Source: a virus. Taken from it: a stretch of 64,000 nucleotides of DNA. This document shows positions 44,126 to 53,217 of the stretch, in pieces (the first letter of the stretch is position 1; every line of letters starts with the position of its first letter). Below the pieces are notes generated by a model. That model did no database searches and was not told the DNA's origin. It worked only from the letters and a program-made list of their open reading frames with translations. The DNA lies in the IMG/VR virus record IMGVR_UViG_3300032799_000664, positions 1 through 64,000 of that record; one strand, written 5' to 3'. Made by a program: the position numbers and the translations under genes.

Positions 44126-45088
44126 ATGGGGCTTCCTGGCATCATCCCGGGTGGCGCTGACCTCGACGATTTCGCCGGGCTGCCCTACATCGACGAGAAC
44201 GGGCCACAGACTACCATCGGGGTTTTCTCGCAGTACCCCGGCGCCACGCCGAAGTACGCCATCAACAAGGGGCCACGCGACGCTGAGTACCGCGAGACGA
44301 TGGCACGGCTCTACATAGACATCGGCACCGCGCAAGAACGCCTCAACTTCGTCAAATCCTGCCCTGCGGAATCCCGCCAGCTGGCACAGGTTCTGTGTGG
44401 CGCAGCCAAAGGCGCCGCCGGCGGTACCGGTTTCATCGACTTCCTGTTGACGGATGTCCAAGAGTCCTTTCAGGAGAAAGTGCAAGTCATCGAGTCCCTC
44501 AGCGACAACTTCGTCGTCTACACCTTCGGGCAGAGAGCCCCAACGTTCTCCTACAGCGGTGTTCTCCTCAACACCTACCAGGACGACCAGCGCGTCTGGA
44601 TGTTGCGGATGTATCGCGACATCTTGCGCAGCACCCAACTGGCGCGACGACGCAAGTTGGCGCGGCTACGCTACGACAGCGTCATCGTCTCGGGCATCTT
44701 CACAATGCACAACCAGGGGCTGAGTGCACAGACTCAGACGATGGCATCGTTCCAGTTCCAATTCATCCCGATGCAGTACGTCATCTACACGCCGGCGGCA
44801 GGTACCCCGACGAAGTTGAAGACACCATTCACTGACGGTGGTCCCTACGGCTTGGCGTCGGCTGCGACGCCGGACACCAGCAAGTTGCAAGTCGCAGCAC
44901 CTGCGCCAGAGAAACCAGCGGCTCAGCCAGCTGCGACGCCCACAGCACCGACGCCGATGACGCCACCGACACCGCCGCCGAGTACCCCCAAGCAAGAGTT
45001 GAATCAGCGAACGCAACCGCCACTGAACCCCAGCACGACGATGGCGCCGCCATCTGTACGTGGTGGCAACCCGATGCGCAGGATGTGA
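44126..45088 (+). CDS. virion protein, possibly tail-tube/hub initiator-like
   Basis: Beta-rich core (QEKVQVIE...YTFGQR..TFSYSGVL), Pro-rich tail, position after the TMP. Confidence 0.5.
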   Translation: MGLPGIIPGGADLDDFAGLPYIDENGPQTTIGVFSQYPGATPKYAINKGPRDAEYRETMARLYIDIGTAQERLNFVKSCPAESRQLAQVLCGAAKGAAGGTGFIDFLLTDVQESFQEKVQVIESLSDNFVVYTFGQRAPTFSYSGVLLNTYQDDQRVWMLRMYRDILRSTQLARRRKLARLRYDSVIVSGIFTMHNQGLSAQTQTMASFQFQFIPMQYVIYTPAAGTPTKLKTPFTDGGPYGLASAATPDTSKLQVAAPAPEKPAAQPAATPTAPTPMTPPTPPPSTPKQELNQRTQPPLNPSTTMAPPSVRGGNPMRRM

Positions 45089-45091
45089 CGC

Positions 45092-45859
45092 GTGCCTGCA
45101 GTCGTTTCTGACTACGATCCAGTACCTGACCACTCAGTGGCGCCGACACAGGCAGTCAAGTTTACGCTGACCGGTGCGCCGCTCTTGTCGGCCGTGCTCA
45201 TCAGCGTCAACGACGTCATTATCTATCTCGACGAAGCAGCTCGCAGCGGTTACACCGTCACGCGGACGAGCTTGGGCGGTAGCAGCTATCGGTACGAAAT
45301 CTTGCCACCGGTGGCTTGGCCTTACGACGCGCAGTTGAACGTCAACGTCTTCAGCGATGCGGCGACGCGCTGGACCCTGTGGGTCGACGAAGACCCGACG
45401 TGTTTCGTTGGTCCCCTCAACAGCTTCGAACAGTCCCTGCTACTGCCCTACGATCACTGTGACTCAACGCTGCGTAGCACTGATCAGCTCCGTACCCTGT
45501 TGCTCGATCTGGCCATCGATCGACCCCAGGTGAATCGCGCAGTACGCTGGTTGTTCCTGCGCGCGCACAGCAACGACCTGGCGCCGGTGTTGCGCACACT
45601 GGTACCAACGCCCACGACCAGCGAAGCTACCGTTCGCCTGTGCCGGCAACGGTCGAACCTCGTCGTCGATACGACTTTACGAGGTAAAGCCGGTCTGTTG
45701 CGGGCGGTCATCGGGGAGCTGCAAACGCTGGGGTTGCCGACGATGCACGCTGATCTACTTCACCGCTACAACATCGATGATCCCAACCTGCGAGTACCGA
45801 TGAGCTGCCTGGCCGTCTGTCTCGCGAAAGTGCTCGAGACCGGCGTGCTCGCGGGGTAG
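45092..45859 (+). CDS. virion-module hypothetical protein
   Basis: 255-aa ORF in the operon; contains palindrome copy 45675-45689. Confidence 0.65.
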   Translation: MPAVVSDYDPVPDHSVAPTQAVKFTLTGAPLLSAVLISVNDVIIYLDEAARSGYTVTRTSLGGSSYRYEILPPVAWPYDAQLNVNVFSDAATRWTLWVDEDPTCFVGPLNSFEQSLLLPYDHCDSTLRSTDQLRTLLLDLAIDRPQVNRAVRWLFLRAHSNDLAPVLRTLVPTPTTSEATVRLCRQRSNLVVDTTLRGKAGLLRAVIGELQTLGLPTMHADLLHRYNIDDPNLRVPMSCLAVCLAKVLETGVLAG

Positions 45860-45868
45860 GCTAGGACC

Positions 45869-48811
45869 ATGGCGGCCTTCCCCGGTCAAGAGAAGTACGA
45901 CCCGCTCACCTACCGCAGTGGCAAGTCGGCGGGCATCCGCACCGTCTTCTCCAGCAACATGCCACACCGGGCACCGTTGCTCTTCTACATCGCAGGCATC
46001 GAGATCCCCATCACCTCAGCCACGGTGAGCTACGGCGTTTGGAAGATCCCCGAGTGTCGCGTCACGCTCTTCCCTGATCCACTTCTGCAACGTCTGGGCG
46101 CTGAAGACCGCGTCCCGGTCGTGCTCTTCTACCTGGACGAGTACCTCGAGCCGGAGAGGCCCACCTGGCGCATGCTTTTCGAAGGCGAGATCGTCGGTTG
46201 GGGCTACAGCAATACGGCGTTGGGTCGCAGCATCGTCATCGACTGCGTGGCTGACATCGCGCTCTACACGCAATTGTTCCTCTACTACATGAGCACCGTG
46301 GCCGGCATCGTCGAAGGTGTGCAGGAGACCGGTAAAGACGGGTCGCTGATCACACAAGCGGTGGCCACCTTTCCCTACGCGCTCTTCTGTCGGGGGCTGC
46401 TCCCGGAAGTCGGCAACGACAAGACGGCACAGGAACAGATCGTCACGCGACCCTACGACCTGATCTACAATTTCATTCGCGCACTGACGTCACCGAAGAT
46501 CCCCGACAAACTGCGATCGCTGCCAGCGATCAATTTCTTCGTACGTTGGATTCGCCGCAACCAGTTCCACAACAAGTTCGTGGCACTGCCCTTCCTCGAA
46601 GAGGTCTGTGACACCGTCGGTAACCAAACGCCGACGCCCAAGGCAGTACAGCCAGTGGGTCTGGCGCCTATCCTGCGGGCCGTGCGTTCGAACTTCGCCG
46701 TCAAAGCGCTGCGTGATCAGATGGCGGCCGAGGCCTCCAAGGTCGCCATCTTCGGGATGATCAAGCAGATCCTCGACATCATGCAGCTGGAGTTGGCCAT
46801 GTTACCGACGCCGGCCTACGTCAAGACCGGCCTGAACGGAGAAATCCTAGGTCCCGGCCCGACCCCGAAGAACTTCTTAGGACAACAGCTCACGGGCGCC
46901 GCCGCCGCACAAGCCGCTAACTCGAAGGCGCAAGGTTTACCCAGTACCTTCTCGACACCGTACTTCATGACGCCCATGGAACCCGGGCGCTTGACCAACT
47001 ACTTCGTCAAGCCGCAATGTCTCTTCTCGCTGGCCCCGGTGTGCAACGTTATCTTCCCCTCGATGGTGCACCAGCTCTCCTATCAGGAGAACTATGCGAC
47101 TCAACCGACGCGCCTCTACGTCGAAGACAACGAGCTGGCCGGCGTCGCGGGTGGGACCGACAAGCCGGAGAGTCTGTTGGTCAATGCAGTGACCGTCGGC
47201 TACCCCCCGGCGATCGACAAGCGCTTGCAGGCGCGCATCGTCAAGGACCCGTTCCTGACGGGGAAGAACATCCTGCTCTATCCCGAGGAGTTCTTCAAAG
47301 GACCAGTCACCTCAGTGGCAGCGGCGCCACCGTGGCTCTTCTACTTCCAAGCCCAGATCCAGAACGAGCCTCTTGGTCCCGAGGGCTTAGGGGCACCTGA
47401 TTCAAAAACCGTGTCACCGCCGAAGGGCGAGCTGTCCCTCACCGAGAAGGATCTCTACCGGTTGTACGCCCAGCACGAGTACTTCCGGCAGCGCTATGAG
47501 AAGCGGGGCGGCGTCATCGAGATCAGTGGCTTCGATCCCTACCCCGTTCCCGGATTCCCGTTGGTGGCGTTCGACGATTTCCAGTCACGACTGCATCTCG
47601 TCGGCTACCTCATGGCGGTCACTCACGCCATCTCCGCTGGGTCAGCGGCAACCTCGCTAAGCTTCAGTTACGGTCGCACGATCTACGAATTCCTGACGGA
47701 CGTCGCCAACGAGATGGATCAACCACAGAATCCAGACCGTAAGAATCTCGCCACAGCGGCTGCGCCACCAGAACCGATTCCGGAGATCCGCGACATTCTG
47801 CAACACGAGTGGCGCGCCGATCAATTCTACCAGCGGTTGCTGTGGCGGCGTACGGAGAGTAGCGCCGAAGGTTCGCGAGCCCAGCCCGCGCCCCGCGCCT
47901 ACCCTTCGGTGTGCCGCATCCGTGACTTGCTGGCATTCGTCAAGCCGGACGGCACCATCGAGCCCATCAAGATCGAGGGTACGAACGAAGAGACGTTGCG
48001 AGAGCAACGGGCCGCGCTGACTACTCAGAAAGCGGCACTGGCGCCGTTGAACAACGATGTGACGTTGGAAGCTCTGGCTCGAGCACGCACCGGTAGCTTG
48101 CAACTCGATCCAGAGAGCATCAAGAAGTCGTTCTCCGAGCTGCGCGGTCCGCTGAATGCGTTGGATCAGATCGAGAAGATAGCTGCGTCCCTGTACCGTC
48201 CAGCACTGGGTCAAGCTGTCACTGACCTCTACGAAGCGTCGTCACAAGGCTTCTTGAGTCTCAAAGACGCTGTGAAGACGCTGATGGCCGAAGTTGATGC
48301 CGCTATCGCAGCTCCACCGGTGACATCCCACAACCTGGCGGGCGCCGCGCAACGCGAGCTCACCCCTACGCCTGGCCTCGAGCCCCTCTTCGACAGTTTC
48401 GATGCCGGGATGAACTACGGTTCACGTCCCATCTGCACGCTGGACGAGTACGTCTCTTTCATCGGCGGCGTGCGTGAAGGCGCTAACGACGAATTCGCGT
48501 ACCAGAACGGCGGTGAAATTCCTTCGGCGCGCTACTACACTCGCATCCGCTACCTCAAAGGAGCAACGCCGGCCGATGTCGCTACGGCTGCGCAGCAGAA
48601 CCTGCCCCCGGATAGCCCCGCAACCCCCATGGGTGGTGCCGGAACCTCCTCGCAAACCGGCGAGAAGGTCCCGCCGGCGGGGGCGGTAGTCAAGAACGAG
48701 ACCGCGGGCGAAGGCGTGCCTCTAACGTTCCCAATGCTCCGAGCGCAGTGGGACGGCATCCTCCTGGCCCATCGAGCGAAGATCTACTCCACGTACAAGC
48801 TCTCCCGCTGA
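45869..48811 (+). CDS. putative baseplate hub protein
   Basis: N-terminal FYIAGIEIP...LFEGEIVG and later FDPYPVPGFP...VTHAIS pattern; gene position. Confidence 0.55.
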   Translation: MAAFPGQEKYDPLTYRSGKSAGIRTVFSSNMPHRAPLLFYIAGIEIPITSATVSYGVWKIPECRVTLFPDPLLQRLGAEDRVPVVLFYLDEYLEPERPTWRMLFEGEIVGWGYSNTALGRSIVIDCVADIALYTQLFLYYMSTVAGIVEGVQETGKDGSLITQAVATFPYALFCRGLLPEVGNDKTAQEQIVTRPYDLIYNFIRALTSPKIPDKLRSLPAINFFVRWIRRNQFHNKFVALPFLEEVCDTVGNQTPTPKAVQPVGLAPILRAVRSNFAVKALRDQMAAEASKVAIFGMIKQILDIMQLELAMLPTPAYVKTGLNGEILGPGPTPKNFLGQQLTGAAAAQAANSKAQGLPSTFSTPYFMTPMEPGRLTNYFVKPQCLFSLAPVCNVIFPSMVHQLSYQENYATQPTRLYVEDNELAGVAGGTDKPESLLVNAVTVGYPPAIDKRLQARIVKDPFLTGKNILLYPEEFFKGPVTSVAAAPPWLFYFQAQIQNEPLGPEGLGAPDSKTVSPPKGELSLTEKDLYRLYAQHEYFRQRYEKRGGVIEISGFDPYPVPGFPLVAFDDFQSRLHLVGYLMAVTHAISAGSAATSLSFSYGRTIYEFLTDVANEMDQPQNPDRKNLATAAAPPEPIPEIRDILQHEWRADQFYQRLLWRRTESSAEGSRAQPAPRAYPSVCRIRDLLAFVKPDGTIEPIKIEGTNEETLREQRAALTTQKAALAPLNNDVTLEALARARTGSLQLDPESIKKSFSELRGPLNALDQIEKIAASLYRPALGQAVTDLYEASSQGFLSLKDAVKTLMAEVDAAIAAPPVTSHNLAGAAQRELTPTPGLEPLFDSFDAGMNYGSRPICTLDEYVSFIGGVREGANDEFAYQNGGEIPSARYYTRIRYLKGATPADVATAAQQNLPPDSPATPMGGAGTSSQTGEKVPPAGAVVKNETAGEGVPLTFPMLRAQWDGILLAHRAKIYSTYKLSR

Positions 48812-48837
48812 CCCTCCAGTTGCAGTAAACTCGGAGC

Positions 48838-49551
48838 ATGGACCTCGGCGAAGTGGGCGGCCGCAAGGCCGAAGACCTGCGCCTGTGGAAGCAGTGGCAG
48901 AAGACCAAGTCAGGCAGCGATCTGCAGGCCCTGCTGAACCAATTGCAGCCGCTCATTGGTCAGCAAGTAGGGCGCTGGTCGGGGATGCTCTCGCGCGACC
49001 TACTGGAGACCCACGCCAAAGTGCTCGCTGTTGATGCGCTCCAGGACTACAACCCACGCATGGGTACGGCGCTGGCGACCCACGTCACCAACCGCCTGCA
49101 GAAGCTGTCACGCCTGACCTACAGCCACGCCCAGGCGGCGCGCCTGCCCGAGCACAAGGCGATCGGCATGGTGAGCTTCCACGCCGCGCAGGGACGCCTG
49201 AAGGACGAGCTCGGCCGAGAACCGACGGCGTCCGAACTCTCTGATCATCTGGGCTGGCCGGAACAGCGCATCACAGAATTTCAGCGTGCCTATGGTCGCC
49301 GAGAGTTGCTCGCTTCTGGCGAGTTCAACCCAGCCACTTTTCCGGTCGCTGACACACAGAATCCACTGGTCGGCTTCGTGTACCACGACATGTCGCCGCA
49401 CCAGCAGCGCCTCTTCGAACACATCACCGGCTATGGCGGCAAGGATGTCCTCTCGAACCAGGAGATCATGAAGAAGTTCGATCTCACACAAGGGCAGTTG
49501 TCGTATCAGAAGCGCAAGCTACTGACGCTCTTCCAGCAAGCCCAGCATTAA
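48838..49551 (+). CDS. sigma-70-family RNA polymerase sigma factor
   Basis: Region-2-like ALQDYNPRMGTALATHVTNRL, RLPE, region-3 ELGREPTASELSDHLG, C-terminal HTH. Confidence 0.85.
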   Translation: MDLGEVGGRKAEDLRLWKQWQKTKSGSDLQALLNQLQPLIGQQVGRWSGMLSRDLLETHAKVLAVDALQDYNPRMGTALATHVTNRLQKLSRLTYSHAQAARLPEHKAIGMVSFHAAQGRLKDELGREPTASELSDHLGWPEQRITEFQRAYGRRELLASGEFNPATFPVADTQNPLVGFVYHDMSPHQQRLFEHITGYGGKDVLSNQEIMKKFDLTQGQLSYQKRKLLTLFQQAQH

Positions 49552-49557
49552 CGAACG

Positions 49558-50721
49558 ATGCCTAGTCAGCCACCACCGGTTCCGTATCAGAACACCGCGC
49601 CGTCAGCGACGACGGCGGTGCAGCAGTACGCGCAGGAGTACCAGAACTACTTTCTGCAGAACCAAACGGCTTACCGCAACATCGTGCTTTCAGCCGACAG
49701 CAAGGCCAATCAGCACACGTGGAAGTTGGCGCAGGTTATGGCACGGGCCATCGAGAGGTACCGTGGCGTGATTCCGTTTGGTTCGCTCATGGCGCGTTGT
49801 CGACGCGAGAGTGGCTTTGACCCCGGGGTCACCGAGAAAGCGCGCTACTCGCAGGGTGAATACGGCGTTGGTCCCTGGGGCATTACGGGTGCGTGGGATA
49901 CCGGCGGCAAACCGTACGGCCTCACCAAGGCTCAAGCCTACGAGCCGAATGCGTCGACCAAAGCAGTCGTCCAACAGATGGTGCCTATTCACGAGTTCAT
50001 CATCACCGTGGCACCTGCGACGAAGCAAGACTTGGTGTTCTACTCGTGGATGCTCTTCTGTAACCACGCTTCGGGACCGGGATACTACGAAGCTGCACGG
50101 CAGTACGTAAAGACCAACGTTGAACCACGGGTACCGCGGAAGAAAGTGATGGTACTAGTTTCTGCAACCCCGGGCCTCGGTGGCAATGTTGCTCGTTGCT
50201 GGAAACGGTTCAACAAGATCACGCTGCAAGGCATGATGGCAACTGCCTGGATGGCCGCCTATGGCTACAGGCTTCCGATTGATCCTGCGACTGGCGAGAA
50301 GACCAAGTACACCATCTACTCTTCTCAGGACGGTGCTTGGCGTTTGATGGTTGGCGCGTTGGATGCTTGCGTCTGGGAACGGCGACGTGATGCTGTCCTC
50401 GCGGGTAAGGTACTGGTCTCTGAAACCCGAGCGATGCTTGCGCAGGCCATCGCGCAAGTGAACAACAGTGGTCAGGGTGCGATCCTCGAAGCTTTCAAAG
50501 CACATGGTGCTGGCTGGTCACGTGCCAATGATGCGGTTCAAGAGACCCGCCAGGACAAGTTCAAAGGTGCCGCACAAGCTGGGGTCGACGTCAAGAATCA
50601 GCAGATGCAGCAGAACGCCAACACCATTCGGCTAGCCAACGCCGCGGAACTCACTGGTCTCCTCGCCCCTGGGGGGACTATCATGGTCTACAACGAAAAG
50701 TCAGGCCTCTGGGAGCCGTGA
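49558..50721 (+). CDS. virion protein with divergent lysozyme/SLT-like domain
   Basis: RESGFDP, GPWGI and NHASGPG resemble SLT motifs I-III. Confidence 0.5.
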   Translation: MPSQPPPVPYQNTAPSATTAVQQYAQEYQNYFLQNQTAYRNIVLSADSKANQHTWKLAQVMARAIERYRGVIPFGSLMARCRRESGFDPGVTEKARYSQGEYGVGPWGITGAWDTGGKPYGLTKAQAYEPNASTKAVVQQMVPIHEFIITVAPATKQDLVFYSWMLFCNHASGPGYYEAARQYVKTNVEPRVPRKKVMVLVSATPGLGGNVARCWKRFNKITLQGMMATAWMAAYGYRLPIDPATGEKTKYTIYSSQDGAWRLMVGALDACVWERRRDAVLAGKVLVSETRAMLAQAIAQVNNSGQGAILEAFKAHGAGWSRANDAVQETRQDKFKGAAQAGVDVKNQQMQQNANTIRLANAAELTGLLAPGGTIMVYNEKSGLWEP

Positions 50722-50727
50722 GTGGCG

Positions 50728-51174
50728 ATGGCGACCTACGACATCTACCTGCAGGGGAAGACCGAAGAGCACATGACGGGCTTCTCGTCGTTGGTCTTCG
50801 GATTCAACCGTACGATCGCGGTGCGGGGTCCCTACAAGCTGGTGATACAGTGGCTGAAGCGCTTCCTCACAACGAAGGGCAGTGACCCGCTGCGTCCTGA
50901 TGATGGCACCACTTTCCCCAGCCTCATCGGGGCCAACGTCACTTCGATGACCGACGTACGCGACGTCGTCATGCTCTCGATCCAGGACTGCAACGAACAG
51001 ATCTTCGCCGTCCAGCAACTGGCGCCGCCGGATCTCGACGAACAGCTGCTCACGGCGACGCTGGACCGATTCGAAGCAAATGGCGCAGACGGCTTCGATG
51101 CGTGGGTGCGCATCAGCAACGCCGCCGGCCAAGAAATGGTGATCCGGTTGCCGGATCTGGCCGACGCCGCCTAG
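50728..51174 (+). CDS. baseplate wedge subunit, gp25/GPW-like
   Basis: FLTTKGSDPLRPDDGT motif; directly precedes the J-like gene. Confidence 0.7.
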   Translation: MATYDIYLQGKTEEHMTGFSSLVFGFNRTIAVRGPYKLVIQWLKRFLTTKGSDPLRPDDGTTFPSLIGANVTSMTDVRDVVMLSIQDCNEQIFAVQQLAPPDLDEQLLTATLDRFEANGADGFDAWVRISNAAGQEMVIRLPDLADAA

Positions 51175-51183
51175 AGGACCCCC

Positions 51184-53217
51184 ATGTCGACGACGGTGAA
51201 TGCACAGGACGTACGGGACGCGGAAACGTTCATCAAGGAGTACCTGGACGACGCCGTTCCCGAAGGCGACTATTCCGACGGCGCCGCGCTCCGCGACTTA
51301 GCCGTGAAGGCGATCGCGGGCACCGTGGCGCTGATGCGCGAGACGGGGCGGCAAATCGACATTCGACAGAGCATCAAGACGATCCTCGAAGTCGACACCA
51401 GTGACGATCCGACGGCCACCGATGACGCGGTCGATGCCTGGGCGGCGAACTGGTTCATTGGTCGTCGCGGCGGCGGCTACGCGCGCATCATGGGCTACGG
51501 TCTCGCCACACAGCGGGCCGATCTCACCATCAAGCGGACTACCCGGTTCTACAAGAGCTCGGACCTACCGTTCCTCCTCGACAACGGGGGCGTGGAGTTG
51601 AACATCCCGGCCGAGCAGCTGACGGCGCTCTTCGATTCCAGCGGCATTATCACCGGCTACCAGTTCAAGGTGCCGCTCGTCGCGCAGACCACCGGCACCG
51701 GGTTCAATGTCGAGCCAGGGCGCTTCTCGTCCTTCGACAACTTCAGCCCCTACGTCACCCAGATCGAGACGCTCACCCGGGCCACCGGGGGCAAGGACAT
51801 CGAGACCACCCCGGATCTCATCGACCGCAGTGGTACGATCGTGGCGACCCGCAACCTGATCAACGCGCGCTCTTGCGATGTGGTGCTCAAGGACGAATAC
51901 GTCGAGATCGCCGCGTTGTCGCTCATCGGGATGGGCGACGTCGAGATGATTCGTGACCGTGAAGTCGAAGCCACGAACGGCATCGAGGTGCACACCGGTG
52001 GCTGCCAGGACATCTTCGTCGCCACTAGTTTGATGGAGACGGCCGTCACCGGCACTGTTGGCGGCAAGTTCCAGCGCCCCGACAACGTCGCCAACGTGTT
52101 CCGCGACCTCACCTACGCACCCTACGACCCCGTCAACAATCCGACGGGGCACAAGTTCATTGACGCTGACCCGGTGACTGGCAAGACCATGACCGCAGGC
52201 ATGGTGCTGCGCGTCTGGGCCGGGCTGCCCGTCAGCGCTCGCGACTTCATCATCCGCGACGTGCAAGCGGCGCAGGTGCTCATCAGCGAACGGACTCCGT
52301 TCCCGGTGCCCACCGATGAGCAGCTGAGCTACGTGACCTGGTCGGTGGGACAGATGATGCCCGACTATCAGGACGTCGTTGGCCAGCAGCTGACCGGCGA
52401 GACTTCCCGGCGCTGGCAAGCCTCCGGCCGCATCACCCTGCCGGGTGGACCGGTCTACCGCATCAAGGACGTCGCTGTTCTGGACTCGACCGACCCCGAT
52501 GCTGACCCCACCGACGGCATGGTACATCTGAACGTCCGCATCAACACGACGCCGACGGAACAGGTGGCGCCGGACAACCAGTACCAGCTGATCGTTCACG
52601 AACCCGCCAACCACCAGTCTGCCCGAAGCTTCATGGAGATCCTGGCCGGACCTGTCGAGGACCTCGACAAGTACGATGGCAAGAGCCTCAAGGTCACCTA
52701 CGACACGCTCGCCATCTTCGACACGCTCGATTACCGCGTCGTGAACCGGCGGGAGAAGATCTCGGCGGCATCGCCACTGGTGAAGGGCTACCACCCACTG
52801 TACCTGAAGTTCGTCGTCGAGTTTTCTCGGCTCCGGAACGCCGACCCGAACGTCATCATCGATGTCGTCGAAGCGGGACGAGCACTGATGGCATTCATCA
52901 ACGCCTTCCCGCCCACCGAGGTCATCGACGTCTCGGTCATCTCGACGCAGCTGCGCACGCTGTATCCTACGGTCATCGGACAGGTCTATCCCTTCACCAT
53001 CGACTACGAAGTCTACATTCCCGATGGCCGCGTGGTCGTGTTCACGACTGCGGAGAAGGTCGAGCTCCCCAGCGACGTCACCAGGCTCCGCGCCCTGCAA
53101 GCGGCGCCGGATGATCTGATCGAGGGACTGTTGAACCCGCTCGAGTACGGTCTCAGTGACGCAGTGGCCGGCTACTACGCGGTCGAGGACGACATCGTTG
53201 TGCGGGAGCGCACCTGA
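51184..53217 (+). CDS. baseplate J/gp6-like wedge protein
   Basis: ANWFIGRRGG..A.I, G..FNVEPG and ATGGKDIET..DL..R motifs. Confidence 0.75.
   Translation: MSTTVNAQDVRDAETFIKEYLDDAVPEGDYSDGAALRDLAVKAIAGTVALMRETGRQIDIRQSIKTILEVDTSDDPTATDDAVDAWAANWFIGRRGGGYARIMGYGLATQRADLTIKRTTRFYKSSDLPFLLDNGGVELNIPAEQLTALFDSSGIITGYQFKVPLVAQTTGTGFNVEPGRFSSFDNFSPYVTQIETLTRATGGKDIETTPDLIDRSGTIVATRNLINARSCDVVLKDEYVEIAALSLIGMGDVEMIRDREVEATNGIEVHTGGCQDIFVATSLMETAVTGTVGGKFQRPDNVANVFRDLTYAPYDPVNNPTGHKFIDADPVTGKTMTAGMVLRVWAGLPVSARDFIIRDVQAAQVLISERTPFPVPTDEQLSYVTWSVGQMMPDYQDVVGQQLTGETSRRWQASGRITLPGGPVYRIKDVAVLDSTDPDADPTDGMVHLNVRINTTPTEQVAPDNQYQLIVHEPANHQSARSFMEILAGPVEDLDKYDGKSLKVTYDTLAIFDTLDYRVVNRREKISAASPLVKGYHPLYLKFVVEFSRLRNADPNVIIDVVEAGRALMAFINAFPPTEVIDVSVISTQLRTLYPTVIGQVYPFTIDYEVYIPDGRVVVFTTAEKVELPSDVTRLRALQAAPDDLIEGLLNPLEYGLSDAVAGYYAVEDDIVVRERT

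Noticed and set aside
51565-53100. Long antisense ORFs (also 2320-4782, 22329-23201, 25050-25994, 42382-43856)
   Set aside because: Shadow frames of high-GC genes on the opposite strand; no motifs.
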